The notes under the pieces were generated by a model. The model saw nothing but the letters and a program-made list of their open reading frames with translations, had not been told where the DNA came from and did not search any database. Shown here one piece after another: positions 53,272-62,610 of a stretch of DNA of 64,000 bases. The DNA comes from a virus, in the IMG/VR virus record IMGVR_UViG_3300018933_000001, positions 32,001-96,000 of that record. One strand, written 5' to 3'. The first letter of the stretch is position 1. Each line of letters begins with the position of its first letter. Made by a program: the position numbers and the translations under genes.

Positions 53272-54687
53272 ATGCCAGATATATCCCAACAACTACTACA
53301 GTTAAGAAAAGAATTAGGATTTACACAAAAAGAATTAGCTAATTTAGTTGGTATTGACCAAACAATGATTTCTGATTACGAGCGAGGAAAGTTTATTCCT
53401 ACTCAGAAGACTATTAATAAATTTGCTAAGCAAGGAATAGTTATAGATTTAGACTCAAATCAAGTAGCACAAGTGAAAAATTATCAAACCAGAGAAAGTA
53501 ATAAGGAGCAAGAAATGATAAACATCCCAAAACAAATCATAAACCTAAGAGAAAACTTATGTCTTAATCAAAGTTCTTTTGCTCGAAAGATTGGAGTTAG
53601 CCCAACAACTTTATGCGAGATTGAGTCTGGTAAAAGAGATATATCTGCTACAACTTTGAAAAAGATAAAAGATAAGGTAGGGGTAGATTTAGAGGTAAAC
53701 GTCCCAACTAACATCCAAATACAAACTGCTGCAAAAGAAATATCTGATAAGTTTGGGATTACTTGGTTTGACAATAAGGAAGAAGAAACAATGAGTCAAG
53801 AAATAGGTCACGTAAGATTTACTTTCAATATTGAGAATGAAATCTTTGAACTAATCTACTCTTCTTATAAAGAGACAAGGGAAACTACTCACATTTATAA
53901 TCTTATTCTCAATCAAGAATACTTTGACTTTACTAAGTTTCTATCTAAGAAATATCCAAATCAAATTAGAAATCTAGAAATACAAAACATCCAAAAGGTT
54001 TTGTTATTAGTCTCTAGTAATAAAACTAACTATTTCTACACTCTAAAAATTGTAGGAGCTGGTATGACAGGAATTGTTACTTTTAAACCTTCTAAATTTG
54101 AAGACGTGATAGAGAAACCAGATATGAGAGAAGAACCTATTATAAGAGCAGTAGTAGAGAAGAAAAAAGAAGAATCAAATCCTGAACGAAACATCCTTAT
54201 TCTCTGTCAAAAAATTATTCAAATCCGCGACGTATTCAACGAGTTGCTAGAACAAGCAGAAGCAGTAGTTCAGCCAATTGCAGATAAACAAATCGAAGAT
54301 AAAGTTAAAAAAGAACAAGAGAAGAAAGAACCTAAAATAGTAGAAGTAGTTCACAAAGCTTTTAAACAAGAAGTAGGGACTATTAATTATATCCAAGTAG
54401 GAACAGTTAATGATAAGAATCAAGTAATATTTAACACTCCTCCATTATCAGAAGCTAAATGTAAAGAGAAACAAAAATATCAATGGAAAACTTATCACTT
54501 AGCTTTTATTTATCAAACTGTCTGGACTTATAATAGTGGGGAAACTAAAGCAGGACAATTTAAAGAGTTTGTCCCTACTAATAAGATTCAAGAAATTGAG
54601 TCTACGGATGGCAGAGGAGTTATTGGTTATGTAGAATACAAAGCCGGAATAGTAGAAGTTATCTATTACGATAGATTTGTTGATTAA
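53272..54687 (+). CDS. Double XRE-HTH protein fused to a C-terminal shuffled module
   Basis: LRKELGFTQKELANLVGIDQTMISDYERG and LRENLCLNQSSFARKIGVSPTTLCEIESG; C-terminal IQVGTVND...IGYVEY...YYD. Confidence 0.75.
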   Translation: MPDISQQLLQLRKELGFTQKELANLVGIDQTMISDYERGKFIPTQKTINKFAKQGIVIDLDSNQVAQVKNYQTRESNKEQEMINIPKQIINLRENLCLNQSSFARKIGVSPTTLCEIESGKRDISATTLKKIKDKVGVDLEVNVPTNIQIQTAAKEISDKFGITWFDNKEEETMSQEIGHVRFTFNIENEIFELIYSSYKETRETTHIYNLILNQEYFDFTKFLSKKYPNQIRNLEIQNIQKVLLLVSSNKTNYFYTLKIVGAGMTGIVTFKPSKFEDVIEKPDMREEPIIRAVVEKKKEESNPERNILILCQKIIQIRDVFNELLEQAEAVVQPIADKQIEDKVKKEQEKKEPKIVEVVHKAFKQEVGTINYIQVGTVNDKNQVIFNTPPLSEAKCKEKQKYQWKTYHLAFIYQTVWTYNSGETKAGQFKEFVPTNKIQEIESTDGRGVIGYVEYKAGIVEVIYYDRFVD

Positions 54688-54708
54688 TTACTAGAAGGGG
54701 AGAAGTAA

Positions 54709-55290
54709 ATGACATATAAACACTTTGAGTATGAAAAGCAACAGATAGCGAATAGTTGGAGTGCTGATGCTAATAATCAAGAACTCTGGAAATTAGTTCA
54801 AGATATGTTGACTTATATCAAAGAAAAGGAATCTGGGACTATTATAACTGAGAAAGAAGTACAGAAGAAAATGGAACAAGAAATCCTAATGAAAACAAGA
54901 GGGGTATACAAATATGTAACTTCTTGCTATTACAAAGATAATACATCTACTAAGAATGCTTTGGTTCAAGTAGGTTACTTAGATTTAGATGACAACATTG
55001 TTTTCAATGAGCCAGATAAAGAATTTGTAGGTAAGCCAGACACATTAGTTAGATATCTCCCGGGTTTCATGGTTAGAGGATATCGTAGTTGTGAGGAATG
55101 CGTACCGATTACCAACTCTCATAACGGTAAAGATACTAGAGAAATTAATGAAGTGATTAGTAATAGTAGCGTTATTCATTACTCTCCTTCTACTTATGGT
55201 AGCTCTCCTAAAGTAACTTATGCCATTATTGGTTACTTGAACGAAGACGGGGAACTTGTCTACTACAACCAAATAGCTAACAAAGAGTAA
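54709..55290 (+). CDS. Shuffled-module family protein
   Basis: LVQDMLTYIKE helix; VQVGYLDLDDNIVFNEP...IGYLNEDGELVYY. Confidence 0.6.
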   Translation: MTYKHFEYEKQQIANSWSADANNQELWKLVQDMLTYIKEKESGTIITEKEVQKKMEQEILMKTRGVYKYVTSCYYKDNTSTKNALVQVGYLDLDDNIVFNEPDKEFVGKPDTLVRYLPGFMVRGYRSCEECVPITNSHNGKDTREINEVISNSSVIHYSPSTYGSSPKVTYAIIGYLNEDGELVYYNQIANKE

Positions 55291-55301
55291 TTAGTAGTTT
55301 A

Positions 55302-55355
55302 AGAGAGGAGGTTACTAACTCTCTATTAGAAAAAGGAAGGAATAGTGACTAATCC
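55302..55355 (+). repeat. Two tandem copies of the conserved-loop hairpin family
   Basis: AGAGAG-GAGGTTACTAA-CTCTCT (55302-24) and GGA-ATAGTGACTAA-TCC (55339-55). Confidence 0.6.
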
Positions 55356-55393
55356 AAACAATCCACTTAACTTAATAGAGTTCGATTTAGGGA

Positions 55394-55861
55394 GTGAAGA
55401 AGATGAATAATAAAGAAAGACTAAGAATCCACAAACTGCATTATGCTAGTTTAGCCGAAAAAATTAAAGATGATAAAGACTTAACTAATCTCATAGAATG
55501 GTTAATTTCTGACCTTGAATCTTATGTTAAAAGAGAAGAAGAGTTATTCGACATTGAGAATCACATTCTTCGGATTGATTATAGAGATTACAAGTTCAAG
55601 ATTTATTTAGACGCTGAAAGAAATACTTTAGTTGGAGATGTTCTACTAAATGATGAAATAGATGTAATTGGGTTGGAATCTGATTCTCTTACTAATTTAC
55701 TAAACGAACTGGAAAGCGAAGTAGACGAACAAATTAATTACAGATACCAAAGTCAACTAGCAAAAGAGATTATTCAATATCAAGACAGAATAAAAGAGTT
55801 AGAACAAGAGATAAAAAAGAAACAGTATTCTGAACCAATGTGGATTTATTGTGGAGGTTAA
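55394..55861 (+). CDS. HicB-like domain protein
   Basis: IDYRDYKFKIYLDAERNTLVGDVL...GLESDSLTNLLNELESEVDE. Confidence 0.55.
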   Translation: MKKMNNKERLRIHKLHYASLAEKIKDDKDLTNLIEWLISDLESYVKREEELFDIENHILRIDYRDYKFKIYLDAERNTLVGDVLLNDEIDVIGLESDSLTNLLNELESEVDEQINYRYQSQLAKEIIQYQDRIKELEQEIKKKQYSEPMWIYCGG

Positions 55862-56909
55862 ATAATGATTACTAAGATAATGAAATTCAAATGTGAATGT
55901 AACGGTTACGTCTTAGTTCTTGAAGAAATAGAGAAAAACTGTTATAAAACTTTCTGCTATGAAATACCTTATTTCTGTGAAGAACTCTGGAAAGCAGATT
56001 TAAACACTATCATTGGTAGCTTTGTTCTAAAAGTATCAGGAATTAAAAGAAACGAAGAAAAAACAATCCGCATAGTTACTAGAGATTAGTCTTGTACCTT
56101 TCTTTTTAAGAAACACTATGAGAAAACCTACTTTGCCTGAAGCTGCATTTTTAGCTGTTACTTCTACTACAGCGGTAGTATCTAGTGCAATTTTAGTACC
56201 AGAAATAGCTGAAGAAGTTGGACAAGCTATGCAACAAGCTGCTCAATCTTCAACTCCTGAAAATGATTTTAATAACGGGTATTTAGCTGGAGGTATTACA
56301 GTTGCTTCTGGTGTTGGAGCTGTAATGTATAAAAAAGCTAACGAACCTTAAGTAAATAGTCAAGGGTGCATATATTAATCAATTAACTTAAGAGGATAAA
56401 TGGATTTCTGTAAAAAATAGTCGCTACAGAAGCTAGAAAAGGAATACTGAGGAGAAAACAGAATGACTAAATATCAAGAGTTTCAAGAAAAAATGAAAAA
56501 TGTCCCTACTGTCTGTGGTTATGATTCCAAAGATGTAGTAGCACTAAAATATAAACAGTTATTAGAAAAAGTCTTAGAAGAATTCAAACTATTAGAAGAC
56601 AATTTAGAGTGGAGAAGAAAAGTTGAAGCTAAAGAATGGGGAGATGATGATATTGATTACTTTGAGTCAGGTGAAGAAAGAAAAGTATGGGATGAACTGA
56701 TGAAACAGAAAATAGAAGAAACTAAGACTAATCCACCTTGCCACAATCTAGTATCAAAAATACTCAAGAACAATCCTCAAGTAGTTGATGAGCTTTTTCA
56801 ACTGTTATCTGATTTCAAATTCAAAGTAGAAGAAGGTATTGGTGAGGAAGAATAGAAAGAGTTATTAGGGTGCTTTTACTAAACTAACCAAAACAAGAGA
56901 TAGAAAATT

Positions 56910-57539
56910 ATGAAACCTCAAGAGCGACTAGAAAAACTTACAGAATCTATTGAAAAGACAAAAGAAATTATTAGACTAAATAAAAATATAGATGATTCTA
57001 CACCAATAGATTACTGGGAACTATGGTTAGACCAACAAGAATATGCAAGAAAAGATTTAGTACAAGAGATAGCAAAAGAGAGTAAAGAAATGAAAGAAGG
57101 ACTCAGAACCCTAAATACCTTAATTACTTACAAAGGCTACGAACTATTAGTAGAAGTAGTACATTTTATTCCTGAGAAATCTTATAACTTAGAGAAAAGA
57201 CATATTCCTAGTGGTTATACTACTTATGGTGGAAAATGCAAAGAGATTAATTTTGTTAAAGGTCTTTGTTTAGAACTTCATGAATTAGCAGATGAATTTA
57301 AGAAAGCTGTCAACGAGAAGCTGAAGCTAGACAAAGAAAAGATAGAAGAACCTAAAAATAAAACTGTTAACCATCTTAGAACACAATTAGATAGATTAGC
57401 TCAAAGAGATAAAGAAGTTAACTTTACACCGTTTGAGTTAAGAGGACAGTTAATAGAGATATATCATTTGTTTGGTAAGATTCTAGGTATAACTTTAGAT
57501 GATATTTATAGATACTACTTTGAGAGAGCTGAGAAATAA
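56910..57539 (+). CDS. Protein with central HicB-like domain
   Basis: ITYKGYELLVE...GKC...ELADEFKKAVNE. Confidence 0.5.
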   Translation: MKPQERLEKLTESIEKTKEIIRLNKNIDDSTPIDYWELWLDQQEYARKDLVQEIAKESKEMKEGLRTLNTLITYKGYELLVEVVHFIPEKSYNLEKRHIPSGYTTYGGKCKEINFVKGLCLELHELADEFKKAVNEKLKLDKEKIEEPKNKTVNHLRTQLDRLAQRDKEVNFTPFELRGQLIEIYHLFGKILGITLDDIYRYYFERAEK

Positions 57540-57601
57540 ATAAGTAAAAGAGGGAGCTATTAAACTCCCTTAAACATCTTAAAAACTAAGAGGAATAAAT
57601 A

Positions 57602-57895
57602 ATGGCTAAGAAAGTATTTAAATATAGTGATGATAACGGCAAGTTTGTAGAAGTAGGAGTATTAACAGATAGCGAAGAAGTAATATTCCACGAACCAATT
57701 AGAGGAAGAATGACTTGTATTGCTCTGTATTATCCAGATTTCTACATTCAAAAAGAAGACGGAGAATATGATGAAGTATTACCTACTAAAATTAGAAGAG
57801 AGATTATTACTAATATAGAGGGGCTGAATTATACCCTTGGTTATATTGACCATAACGATAAAGTTGTATTTTATGACCAATATCTAGCTAACTAA
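57602..57895 (+). CDS. Stand-alone shuffled-module domain protein
   Basis: VEVGVL...VIFHEP...LGYIDHNDKVVFYD. Confidence 0.6.
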   Translation: MAKKVFKYSDDNGKFVEVGVLTDSEEVIFHEPIRGRMTCIALYYPDFYIQKEDGEYDEVLPTKIRREIITNIEGLNYTLGYIDHNDKVVFYDQYLAN

Positions 57896-57908
57896 TAGGA
57901 CAAAACTT

Positions 57909-58298
57909 ATGACTCTGGAATCTCTCACTGCTAAGTTACTTACAGACCCTGAAGTTAAGAGACATTACGAGGAGATGAAGATGGAATTTAACATTGCTAA
58001 AGAAATCATTAAACTTAGAACCAAGTTCGGATTAACCCAAAGACAATTAGCAGAGAAAGTAGGTATTAAACAACCTCAATTGGCTAGGATTGAAACAGGT
58101 AAACAGTTAGCTAGATTGGATACTTTGAAATTGATAGCTGAAAGTATGGGTTATTCAGTAGAAATCAGATTGGTTCCTCAAGAAACAGAACAAACAGCAG
58201 AAGAATTTGAAGAAGAGTATCATCGCAGAATAACTAGAGTAGAAAATGGAGAGGATGATGAGAATTGTTGGATTGAATATCCTACTAGAGAAGAATAA
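57909..58298 (+). CDS. XRE-HTH protein, HigA-like orphan antitoxin
   Basis: LLTDPEVKRHYEE...IIKLRTKFGLTQRQLAEKVGIKQPQLARIETG. Confidence 0.75.
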   Translation: MTLESLTAKLLTDPEVKRHYEEMKMEFNIAKEIIKLRTKFGLTQRQLAEKVGIKQPQLARIETGKQLARLDTLKLIAESMGYSVEIRLVPQETEQTAEEFEEEYHRRITRVENGEDDENCWIEYPTREE

Positions 58299-58667
58299 CT
58301 TATTAGGAGAAAATAAATGGTTGCTAGTTATATCAACGGTCAGAATGAGAGATTTTTTGTTATAGAAGACTACACTATTAATGGATTTAATATCCAAATA
58401 GATAAGAAAGAAGCTACTGAAGAGTTCTATGGTAAAATATATAACTCTTATGAGCCTTATGATTTAATCAAGACTATGAAAGATTTAGATTTAGAGAATC
58501 TAAAAAATAGTATTAAGGATTATACTTATAAGCTAATTTTATTAGGGAACTCTTTAATAATGAGTAATTACTAATTTTTAAATAACTAATAGGAAGAGGT
58601 AGATTATTATTCAAGATATTTTTAGATTCTTTTCTAAATTTAACTGAAATAATAACTTACCATCCTC

Positions 58668-58730
58668 ACTGCTACTTTTTTATTAATCTCTGGGTATACC
58701 GACTTTAGAGATTCTAAAAAATTACCGCAA
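58668..58730. repeat. 63-bp bipartite site abutting the helicase stop codon (inverted partner of 60590-60652)
   Basis: ACTGCTACTTTTTTATTA...AAAAAATTACCGCAA vs reverse complement of 60590-60652, ACTGTTACTTTTTTATTA...ATAAAAAGTTCCGCAA; same length. Confidence 0.65.
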
Positions 58731-60518
58731 TTATTCTTCTAAGATTTCCATAACTTTAACTGTCTTTCCATCTATCCGGATACTCTTAGTTCTAGTAGAG
58801 CAATACTGAGTAACATCGCTAGCCTTACCTTTCTTGCTTAGATGTAATCGAGTATAAACGTCATTAACTACAGTTTTGAGATGAGGTAGAGTATAAACCT
58901 CTCCTACTACTAACAATCTGTTTAACTCAGATTTGATACACTGTTGAATATCTACGTTTTTAAACTTGAGTTCGTTCTTAAGTCTATCAGGTAGATAGTT
59001 AACAGCTTTCATTCTCTCAGCACCTAGCTGCTCATAACTTTCTTTGATGAGGGGGAATCTATCTCCTAAATAGACCCTCTCATTTTCATTTTCTATATAA
59101 CTAATGCAATTAGACTTAAAAGACTTACTGCTCAATCTATGAATAAAGCTATTCTCATTCTGAACGTTAACAAAGTCTTGGTCGTTAGCTAGTTCAAATC
59201 CAGCTTCAACATAAGCTTCTCTAACACTCAGACCATCATGATAAACGTTACTAGAGACTTCCCATCTTCTCTTATCATTGAGCATCATATACTTATTGAA
59301 GTAGAGTTCTCCATCTGTTCCTTTACTAATATAATTGTCATCAGAATAGCCGTATCTAGTATTGCTTTCCCAGTCTATTAAAAAAGCTTTCTGTTCAGAC
59401 TCATTACCTTTATGATAGAGAGATAGTAGATTAGTAGTTTGCTCTACTTTGGTTTTAATTAATTCATCAAACTCTTCTTGAGATAGCAAGCTAGCATCAG
59501 TATTATAAAGATGATAAATTTCCTTTCTGAACGGATTAGTAAGAGTTCTGATTCTACCAGCTATCTGTCTAATATCTGTATCAATACTAATTAAAGTGTT
59601 CTTATTTTGAGTGTTACTAACGACGTAGATAACTCCAGTTTCAGAATAGAAGTCGCATCCTTTAAATGCAGTAGATGTAATAAAGTTGAATTTCTTCTCT
59701 GGGTCAAGTGCTTTCTCTATCTGAAATATATCCATCTTGCTTTGGTTGACTTTGTTGTTAGCACAAATAACTCTAACTTCACTAGGACGTAAATCAGCAG
59801 CTTCAATGATGTTTAGAATAGAGTTAACTGAATTAACAAAGAAATAAGCAGATTTTGAATAATGACCGTTAGGCATTTTAATACCTTCATCACCAGCAGC
59901 TTTATAAGCTTCAATAATATTACAAGCTAACTGGTAAGGTTTATTAGTTTTCTTGCGTTCTACTTTGACTTTGGTGTATTCTCCCCAGTTAATCTGATAC
60001 TCATCTAATCCTTTCAAACATTCAGGATAATACTCAGACTTAATAGGAGTAGCAGAAATATAAGTAACATAATCAAATTCTTGAACTGAATTTAACAATC
60101 TATCTATTGCAGCATCTCTATATGAGTAAGCGTCTAGCAAATCAGAAAACTCATCTACTAAAACTCTGTATTTATCTTTGTTATTAGAAGATAACAGTCT
60201 CGAAACTCTATCAAAACTATCATAAGTAACCATTATCTTTGGGACTTTAGTAGTGTTGATATAGCTAACTAAATCTCTCTCTTTAATACCACCATAAAAA
60301 CCAAATATCTTCTCAGCTCTCCTTTTATTTGGATACTGGTCTACTTTGTTTCTAATTATCTCAATAGTGGGAACTGCTAAGATATAGGGGTTTTGGTCTT
60401 CAAGAGCTAATACTGATGCTCCTACACCAGTTTCGTGTTTATCAATTATACCTTTTGGTAGTTCAGTCATAAACTCTGAACAGTAACGGGAATTAGGAGG
60501 TGCGTCGATGATTATCAT
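58731..60518 (-). CDS. SF2 (DExx) helicase-like / origin-binding-type protein
   Basis: Degenerate Walker A ETGVGAS, VPT, TYDS, LVDEF, SATP, FVNSV, TSTAFKGCDF, QIAGRIR. Confidence 0.8.
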   Translation of the reverse strand: MIIIDAPPNSRYCSEFMTELPKGIIDKHETGVGASVLALEDQNPYILAVPTIEIIRNKVDQYPNKRRAEKIFGFYGGIKERDLVSYINTTKVPKIMVTYDSFDRVSRLLSSNNKDKYRVLVDEFSDLLDAYSYRDAAIDRLLNSVQEFDYVTYISATPIKSEYYPECLKGLDEYQINWGEYTKVKVERKKTNKPYQLACNIIEAYKAAGDEGIKMPNGHYSKSAYFFVNSVNSILNIIEAADLRPSEVRVICANNKVNQSKMDIFQIEKALDPEKKFNFITSTAFKGCDFYSETGVIYVVSNTQNKNTLISIDTDIRQIAGRIRTLTNPFRKEIYHLYNTDASLLSQEEFDELIKTKVEQTTNLLSLYHKGNESEQKAFLIDWESNTRYGYSDDNYISKGTDGELYFNKYMMLNDKRRWEVSSNVYHDGLSVREAYVEAGFELANDQDFVNVQNENSFIHRLSSKSFKSNCISYIENENERVYLGDRFPLIKESYEQLGAERMKAVNYLPDRLKNELKFKNVDIQQCIKSELNRLLVVGEVYTLPHLKTVVNDVYTRLHLSKKGKASDVTQYCSTRTKSIRIDGKTVKVMEILEE

Positions 60519-60522
60519 TGAG

Positions 60523-60652
60523 TTGCGGAAGTTTTGTTTACAACTCTATTGTATCAGAGATTATTTAAAAAGTAGCATCTTAAGAGAATTTGCGGAACTT
60601 TTTATTAATCTGTGGGTTTAGTGGATTTAGCCAGTAATAAAAAAGTAACAGT
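60523..60652. repeat. Two bipartite sites (60523-60577, 60590-60652) upstream of the helicase; the first overlaps its extended -10
   Basis: TTGCGGAAGTTTT...AAAAAGTAGCA and TTGCGGAACTTTTT...AAAAAAGTAACAGT; minus-strand TGATACAAT at 60548-60556. Confidence 0.6.
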
Positions 60653-60682
60653 AAAAAGGAAACAGAATCTATTAATAATGAA

Positions 60683-60985
60683 ATGGAATACAGAGACTTT
60701 ACCTTACAAATTACAGTAGACTCAGATGATGAGTGTGTAATTGGAGAAATAAAACAGTTAGTAGGTTTAAATGAAAGTAAGTATAAGTTCTCAGCTAAAA
60801 CGATATCTGAATTAAAGAAAAAATTTTATCAGCTAATAGATGAAAGAATTGAGGAATTAGGGCAAGATGTCTTTGGAGATATTTACAGTGGAGGAGACGA
60901 TAAAGTTCCCCAGAAGTTATTAGATATTTTAAAGACTGACTACGACGAGTATATGATGATGAATCCTAAATTCTATTTATTTTAA
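60683..60985 (+). CDS. HicB-like domain protein
   Basis: MEYRDFTLQITVDSDDECVIGEI...FSAKTISELKKKFYQLIDE. Confidence 0.6.
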   Translation: MEYRDFTLQITVDSDDECVIGEIKQLVGLNESKYKFSAKTISELKKKFYQLIDERIEELGQDVFGDIYSGGDDKVPQKLLDILKTDYDEYMMMNPKFYLF

Positions 60986-61256
60986 ACAATAGTGGAGTGT
61001 AGACTTTTTCTAAAATTTGTACTTACATATAGTCCGCAGATTTCAAGAAATGTCTACATTCTATTTTTGACCCGAAAGTTAAAATAAATAGCTTATAAGT
61101 GAGGTACGAGCTAAATACAGAGTAGAGGATTAATAAATTGTGTCAGTCCTTAGAAATTTATTCTAAAGTGGTAGAAATAAAATGAATTATTATAGCCAAT
61201 AGTCAAGTAGAAAACAGTCTCGAAACGAGTTCTTACGAGTTAAAAAACTTCTACCA

Positions 61257-61265
61257 TGCTATAAT
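61257..61265 (+). promoter_or_regulatory. Extended -10 promoter for tRNA-Lys
   Basis: TGCTATAAT ending 11 nt before the tRNA. Confidence 0.65.
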
Positions 61266-61276
61266 TTAAATAACTA

Positions 61277-61348
61277 GGAACCTTGACATAGTGGTTGTGT
61301 AGCTGGCTTTTAACCAGTGTTAGGAAGGTTCGATTCCTTCAGGTTCCA
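61277..61348 (+). tRNA. trnK: tRNA-Lys(UUU), no encoded CCA
   Basis: GGAACCT/AGGTTCC acceptor, D-arm ACAT/GTGT, anticodon GCTGG-CTTTTAA-CCAGT, T-arm GAAGG-TTCGATT-CCTTC, discriminator A. Confidence 0.92.
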
Positions 61349-61376
61349 TTTTTTAATTGAATAAGAGGAAAAGTTC

Positions 61377-61784
61377 ATGCACAAAGGTAAACATAGATTT
61401 TCTTACCGAAATTCAGCTATCCAAATAGTAGAGTTTATCGATTTTGATAGTGAAGAGATTAGATATGTTACAGATGTCCTTCCTCATAGCTACGATAGTT
61501 TAGACTCTTTAATTTCTGATTACAAGAGGTTGATAGATAAGAGATTAGAACCTAAAAGAAGAAAGGAAGAAGATGATTTTGATGAAAGGTCAATCTACTA
61601 TAAAGACCAAGAATTAGAACTAGAAAGAGATATTGTTACAGGAAAGGTAGTAGGAGGTAAAACTTATGATTTGTATTCTGAGAGAATGTTTAGACCTTTA
61701 GTTAGATTTAAAGGTAAATTAAAAGATTTACGCAGACAGTTTGAGAAATACGTAGATGATTATGAGAAGTATTTAATCAAGTAG
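61377..61784 (+). CDS. Tandem HicB-like domain protein
   Basis: Two YRN/YKD-strand...helix-(I/V)D units. Confidence 0.5.
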   Translation: MHKGKHRFSYRNSAIQIVEFIDFDSEEIRYVTDVLPHSYDSLDSLISDYKRLIDKRLEPKRRKEEDDFDERSIYYKDQELELERDIVTGKVVGGKTYDLYSERMFRPLVRFKGKLKDLRRQFEKYVDDYEKYLIK

Positions 61785-62237
61785 AGACAAACAAAAAAGT
61801 CACATCTATTGAGGGAGAGATAAATGATTACAGAAACTTTAGTTATCTTACACGAAAGTAAAGAATGTCCTTGGTCAGATGCTAGAGAATATAGTTGGTA
61901 CACTAAACATCCAGTAATTAAACGAGTAGGATTTACTTATAAATCAGATTCTATATTTGGAGGTTCTTATGTTAGAAGTTACTCAAAAACTCATGGAAAA
62001 GAAAGTGGTTATATCCCTACTCCAGTATTAGAGAAACTTAATTGTGTTTATGAGGAAGAAAAAGAAAAATCTGTTGAAGAACAAGTTAGATACGGACAAA
62101 AAATATTAGCTCAAGATTTATTTAACGCTATGCTTCGTTATTATCCAGAAGCTTTACCAGAAGTAATTAAGTTGTTAGCAAATTTGAAAGCCCGGCTTGA
62201 AAAATAGATTACACAATCAATACCGAGGAAGAATAAG

Positions 62238-62555
62238 ATGACTAACTTAGATATAACTTTACCACAGTTCCATTTACTACTAGATCATTACTTAATATCT
62301 AAAGACTTAAAGAATAGATTTACTGTTGAAGGGAAAAATGTAATATTCAAAGCATTAGTAGAAAAACATTCACACATGATTTGGACAATAGAAGAGATAT
62401 GTAATGAATATACTGAATTATCTTTAGTTGATTTTTCTAATAAGTATGCTATAGAAGCAGATGAAGAAGTTATTGACAATTATTTATGTCAAGAAAGTAG
62501 TTATGCTTTAGGTTTTACTAAAGATACAGTAGTATTTCAAGATGTTATTGAGTAA
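62238..62555 (+). CDS. Hypothetical protein, paralog of the 13650 N-terminus
   Basis: See 13650. Confidence 0.6.
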   Translation: MTNLDITLPQFHLLLDHYLISKDLKNRFTVEGKNVIFKALVEKHSHMIWTIEEICNEYTELSLVDFSNKYAIEADEEVIDNYLCQESSYALGFTKDTVVFQDVIE

Positions 62556-62610
62556 AATAAATGATTGTCCGGGATTTTTAGAAGAAGTGAGTTAGGAGAG
62601 GAAAGTAGAG

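Noticed and set aside
4338-62479. Short antisense ORFs in the track (e.g. 4338, 6943, 8199, 17935, 32781, 42378, 47175, 59607, 62288)
   Set aside because: They lie inside longer opposite-strand genes, have low-complexity shadow composition and show no RBS.
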